A DNA stretch of 60,000 nt from Schmidtea polychroa (Eukaryota). Position 1 is the stretch's first letter. Every line of letters starts with the position of its first letter. The notes beneath the pieces were generated by a model. That model did no database searches. It saw only the letters and a program-made list of their open reading frames with translations, and was not told the origin of the DNA. Shown here one piece after another: positions 55,101 through 60,000 of the stretch. The stretch is taken from positions 22,880,001-22,940,000 of the forward strand of contig CM097885.1 in assembly GCA_044892525.1 (NCBI GenBank), given 5' to 3'. The position numbers and the translations under genes were made by a program.

Positions 55101-55396
55101 CATTTGTTTGTAATTTTCAAAATCGATATTAAAGTGAAATAAAAGCATTCTCAATCTAATAATACATTTTTAATCATGATTCTAGCCACAAAAAGTCAAT
55201 GCCAGGAATATAAAAGACAATTGCAGATTTCACAACAGAAAGTGACAGCTTTAGAAGCAGATGTCAGTAAATTGATATTTTTGATTAATTTATAACTTAG
55301 TAATTTGTTAATATTATCACTATTGTTATGATTATTATTATTATTATTATTATTATTGTTAATAATTAAATACAGGTAAAAACATGGGAAAATAAG
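43151..55396 (+). CDS. Host LRRFIP-like coiled-coil gene; exons approx. 43151-43195(or 43204), 43246-43329, 43376-43429, 43483-43634, 47901-48247, 50899-51063, 55186-55262, 55376-55396; 3' end not found
   Basis: Phase-compatible GT-AG junctions; peptide YKLSYIQLVDQKEALIDQMDDL...RDQLI, IRKLFDQ...LTEEK and CQEYKRQLQISQQKVTALE follows the LRRFIP1/2 motif order. Confidence 0.7.
44866..45595. repeat. ~18-19 bp tandem repeat (AAAAAATACAAAATATGC / AAATTATGC), main block 45033-45595
   Basis: Directly visible; adjacent decayed fragments (LFCNLC at ~45765; SMYK..L at ~45870, minus) suggest a DNA-transposon subterminal array. Confidence 0.85.
46115..47889 (-). repeat. Inverted, uninterrupted copy of the repeat that hosts the Polinton, with an internal ~0.35 kb tandem duplication
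   Basis: Reverse complement matches both Polinton flanks, joined across a single CATATT at 46889-46894. Confidence 0.88.
48640..49215. repeat. Degenerate tandem repeat (ATGTTACTATTAATAGATTT / ATCCAATCAAATT units)
   Basis: Recurring shuffled units. Confidence 0.7.
50007..50695. mobile_element. Possible solo LTR
   Basis: Starts TGTTGGGTTATT (as does 8411), ends CCCAAC, flanked by CAAAA on both sides; terminal A missing. Confidence 0.45.
53090..53304. mobile_element. hAT-type MITE
   Basis: TIRs CAGTGTTTCTCAAAC...GTTTGAGAACCACTG, GGGTCGCGA motifs, 8-bp TSD CTATAGAT. Confidence 0.92.
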
Positions 55397-58300
55397 GTTA
55401 TTTAGACAATCTTTAAACTTTATACTGCTTGATTATTTACTGCATTATGTTGATTGACCCACATTTGTATTGAAAAAAACAAGGTGTTTTTTGTATCACG
55501 ATTTTTATTGGCGATTTTTTAAAATATTTCTGTTTGCTTTGATGATATTTGGATGTTTACATTTATTCCAATTATCTTGCACTGAACTGAGTTTTCTATT
55601 TTTTTCTAGAAAATTTTAAGGAAATCAATACAATGTTAATTTCGTGCAATCTATAAATTTAGATAATCAATCATGGGAAACATATAATTTTTATTGATTT
55701 CATTGAATTTATAATAAATTTATAACTTAAGGAGCCTCGAATTACTGGCTCATTTAAAAAAAATAACTTTTTGAACGTGATTGGCCATTAAATAACTTTA
55801 TTACAACTTCTATATTCATAAAATGACAATATTTATCAAAGTTTATGATTTGATTTTATTTGTATAATAATGAAATATTGTTTACTTCGGAAACATTCTA
55901 TATTCTCTTAAAAAAGCTTATATAGGAATTGAAAATATTTTTTTATTGAAATTGCACAATGACGATTTTGAAAGCAAATCAGTTATTTTTGTCCTCATGG
56001 AAATCTATCAACAATGAAAATATCATAGAAACTGGGAGTCTCTAAATCATTTTTGATTCGGATGATAAAATCTCGGATAAACAAAATGTTTAAAATATAA
56101 AATTGTATAAAGCTGAAAACTAAAAATCCTGAAAGAATAATTAAAACTGTAGAAGTATCATCTGTAGAAAAATCCAAAAACTGTGCAGTTGTGAATTGTA
56201 TGTAAAGTTAAATTTTTAAACATAAAGGACTGCTGAAAGTTAGCTTTAAGTCAAGAAATGCAATAATGAAATCTTGGGAAGGATTGGAAATCTAGCTATT
56301 GAAAAAATCAGCTACTTTTGCACCCAGAGAAAACTTATTAATGAGGACAATATCAAATTGGCTTGGTTTCTTGAAACCATCAGTGCAACGGATGATAAAA
56401 ATTTGAATAAACAAAATGCCTAAATTATAAAACCGAATAAAGCTTAAAACTTTAAGTTTCTGAAAAAATTATGAAAACCATTATAGAATTCGAAGAAGAC
56501 TGGGGAATACTACGACAATTCTTCAACCTTAAGGAAATGGCTGTTGAAAGTTGAGATATTTTATAGCTCAAAAACAAAAAAGATTACAAGCAAAGAAATC
56601 ATAAAAAGTTACTTTCTCACATGTAAATATAACATTTTACTTATGGTTTGTGACTTCTTTGGCTTCTTGGCTACTTGCGGAACTCTGAACAGCAAGAAAT
56701 ATACGAATGAATGGCGCTGTTGAAAGACTAAACTTTGAATAAAATTTCACGTGGAAATTATTTTAAAATTTAAAGTCATTTTAAGGAATTTAAAGAAATC
56801 AAATGTTTAAAATATAAACTACAGGTTCAAATTATGCATTATAATGTTGAAATTGTCGATATCGGAATTATTATTTTTTCAATAATCGTGATTATTGATT
56901 AGATTATTGATTTGATTTTCGAATTATTTGATTGAAATAGCTTTATTGGAAAATCGATTTATGTCTGAATAATTAAATGTTATAGCCTCTAATAATCAAT
57001 AGATATGCCGACAAGTCACTTTGATTTCAAATGGGGGAGGTGCCTATCAAATAACCAATGTATAAATAAAATCAATTTTCATTCTGAACCCAAATACCAA
57101 AACGTAAATATTACACATTTCTAATATTTGTCAAGTTAGGAGCCCATACCAAGACTAATAATTACTATTATAAGAATTTGTAGTTTTCTATAAGATGAGA
57201 TATTTTTTGAAATTATTGTGTTACAAAGTATGTATTGATTTTTGCACCCCGGCAAAACAGCCTCGATAAAACAGTTCAATGATATGAGAACCGATAAAAA
57301 AGGTTTTAAAATTATGTAATTAAAAATGGAATATTGGAAAATTCAAAATCAAGAAAATTTGAAAAACGGGTCAGATGCAAATGAGATGATGGGAAAGATT
57401 GTTGCGAGAACGGATTCATCAGAATATGTTCAGAAAGGATCGAAATACAAGAAAACGTATAAAAACAGAAAATCGTTAATTAATTAAGGGAAACCCGAGT
57501 TAAGTAAACAGAAAGAAAAGTAAACAAAGTGGGTTATAATAATGGGAAACAGGAAAGATATATTAACGGGAAAGAAAGAGACACATGGGGGGACAATTAA
57601 TTATTTCTTTCGACGGACAAAAAATAAAAAAGGCCGCGAGGCAAAGCTTGTCAAAAGGAGACTGTCTAGTTGAGATACCATTAATCAAGTCGATTATTTC
57701 AACTATATAAGGGAGCTCAAATTCGGCATTTTTCCTCAGGTAGGGAAGACGAAATCGATAGTAGGGCAAAAAAGTAAAAATTAAAGATAGAAGATGGAAC
57801 TAACGGAAAGGGAAATAAAAGAATCAAGCTAAGTCAAAGGAGTAAATAAAATAGGTGATTTTTGTTGCAGAACGTTCAGAACCAGAGCGGTTACAGTGAG
57901 ACTTATTGAATAGTCAAAATAGGTATTTTATTGCGATATTCGGAGTTTTGTAAATTGTAAATATATATGCGGTGGTAAACTATAAAATTACGATTTTCCA
58001 AGATGTAATAAAAGTAATCAAAAAAATTATAAACACATTTAAAAATTTTTAAAAAAACTTAAATTTAAAATTTTTTCTCAATATTTTAATTAAAAATTTT
58101 TTTTGTTACAATTTAAAAAAATTATATATAATTAATAAAAACTTCAAAAATCTGTAACTTCTATAGTTATTCTATCCTACCTGATGATGTCAGGAAAACT
58201 GTCGAAATATATCGTTTATTAAAAGCCAATTAACCATGTATGTTCAACTATTTATTCAAAAATAACATAAATTAAAAATTCAATTTTGATCTTTTGTCCG

Positions 58301-60000
58301 AATGAATAAAAAGAAATATCGAAATTATCGTGTGATAAGTTTAATTATAAAATTTTAGCTATAAATTTTGAATTTAATGACTGCAATAATAACAACGCAT
58401 ATAAATAGCACAGTTTTTAGAAAAATAAATACTAAAATTTCGACTTATCATAGTATGCCACATGAAAGCATAATTTAGTAAAGCAATACATTTATTATCG
58501 CAATTCCGATACTATTATCCATATCTTTCTGTAATAAAGAAACTAATTATATATGAATATTATGTCGTCCGTGTCACACTCTATTGCGTACAAAATTTTC
58601 AGTTAGTATCGTTCACGTCAGGTGAATTAGTATGTACATTAAGTGACAAAATATTTTTATATTCAGTGATACATTATTTATTAGTTTTTTGAATTTACTC
58701 TGAATTTTGAAAATTGTCCTTAATACACCTATAACTGATAAATTTATCAATGGATAAGATTTTTAATATTTTTCAACATTCAATTCTAAGAGCCTATCGA
58801 TATATTGTGAGATTTAGCGAATAAGAAAGGAATGCGGGTCCCTACATATCTGTACATACGCAGAATGATCGATATTATGTATCAGGTGGTATGTATTACT
58901 CGTAATTTAACTGTCAAAATAGAACAGGTCATGGGTGTAGCATTTTATGAATGCGTGTCGGCATGATGATGAAGTTCTGCATGTTCCATATATGACTACG
59001 AAAAACCAACTTTGCTTCAAACATCATTTGAGTCTACTGTAAAATATTACTTTTGTAATGCAACAATGTTTTTTCCCTTAAAAATAGTTAAATTAATCTC
59101 TTGTGATAAAACTGATAACTTTCACGTAGTAATAACTTGCTAATCTTCGACCATGGTTAAAAACATCTTTATTATTCTATTTCCTCTTTAACATTAGAGA
59201 AAACAATTTCTTACATTTGTTGAGGATATCTGAATAACAAAAAATTAAATAATGATTTGTGGAAAAATGGCTACAATAAATGATGTCATGCTCTGAAATG
59301 AAATCGAACAATGGAATGCACCAAGTTTGTTTTTTATTAATAAGTGCAAATGAAAATGAGGAGAGTAAAAAACAATTTCGGAATGGAAATCCATTATCTT
59401 AAGAGTTTACACGGGGTAATAAATAAATCACTAGAACAGTCGGGAAAATAAAAATGACAAGGAAACGAAATACAATTATGTATATCGACAGATATTACAG
59501 ATAATTTGGGAATTAGAAATGTCTAATAGAATATGCTGGTAAACAAGATAATTATCTACAAGTGTCACGAAATTGCAAGGTATAAAAGAAATACACTAAT
59601 TGCAAATAACAGAAGAAAATTTATTGGAGATTTTATAAGACCGGACATTGAGAAGTGATCGCTATAACCAAATGTGGTATTCAATAAAATCATATTGTTT
59701 GGAATTCATTTTTGTCGTTGAATAAAACACGCTCGGAATCAGATAGTGGTTATTGATTTGTTAAACAACCGACAAAACCCCAACACATTTATTGCAATAA
59801 AAAGTAGTATATTCCACACAGAATGCACGTTTACACTTTGGTAGGACAAAACAACAAACATTGGATGTACATGTTGGATTAGATTTTGGGAAGGTAGAGA
59901 ATGAGGTGTTAAAATAAGACTTTGCGCACATAATATATGGATGGCTCTTAACTTTGAAACTGGGAATAATTTTTGTGGTTTCTCTATTTGGTTGTTAATT

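Overview
Very AT-rich invertebrate genomic DNA with short (~40-50 bp) GT-AG introns, many (ATT)n tracts and decayed transposons; a flatworm/planarian-like host is plausible but is inference only. The centre of the window is an apparently complete 23.2 kb Polinton/Maverick (adintovirus-type endogenous dsDNA virus) at 18199-41438. It has AGTAGA...TCTACT termini, ~1.6-1.7 kb terminal inverted repeats (TIRs) and a 6-bp target-site duplication (CATATT); an uninterrupted copy of the target site sits at 46889-46894. It carries the canonical module (packaging ATPase, pX-like core protein, rve integrase with chromodomain, minor and major capsid proteins, cysteine protease, protein-primed PolB). Unusual cargo includes a TATA-binding-protein-like gene head-to-head with the virion cassette, a spliced Bcl-2 homologue, a secreted/GPI-type coiled-coil protein in the TIR and a probable ssDNA-binding protein. 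Other unusual features are TIR arrays built almost entirely of AP-1 and NR5A/ERR-type sites, a microsatellite intron inside the integrase active site, a probable spliced acidic leader joined to PolB across a 5.8 kb intron, and covarying hairpins bracketing PolB. Host genes: an intronless SLC18-like MFS transporter, an FKBP6-like TPR fragment and a multi-exon LRRFIP-like gene. All family assignments come from motif recognition by eye; no searches were run.
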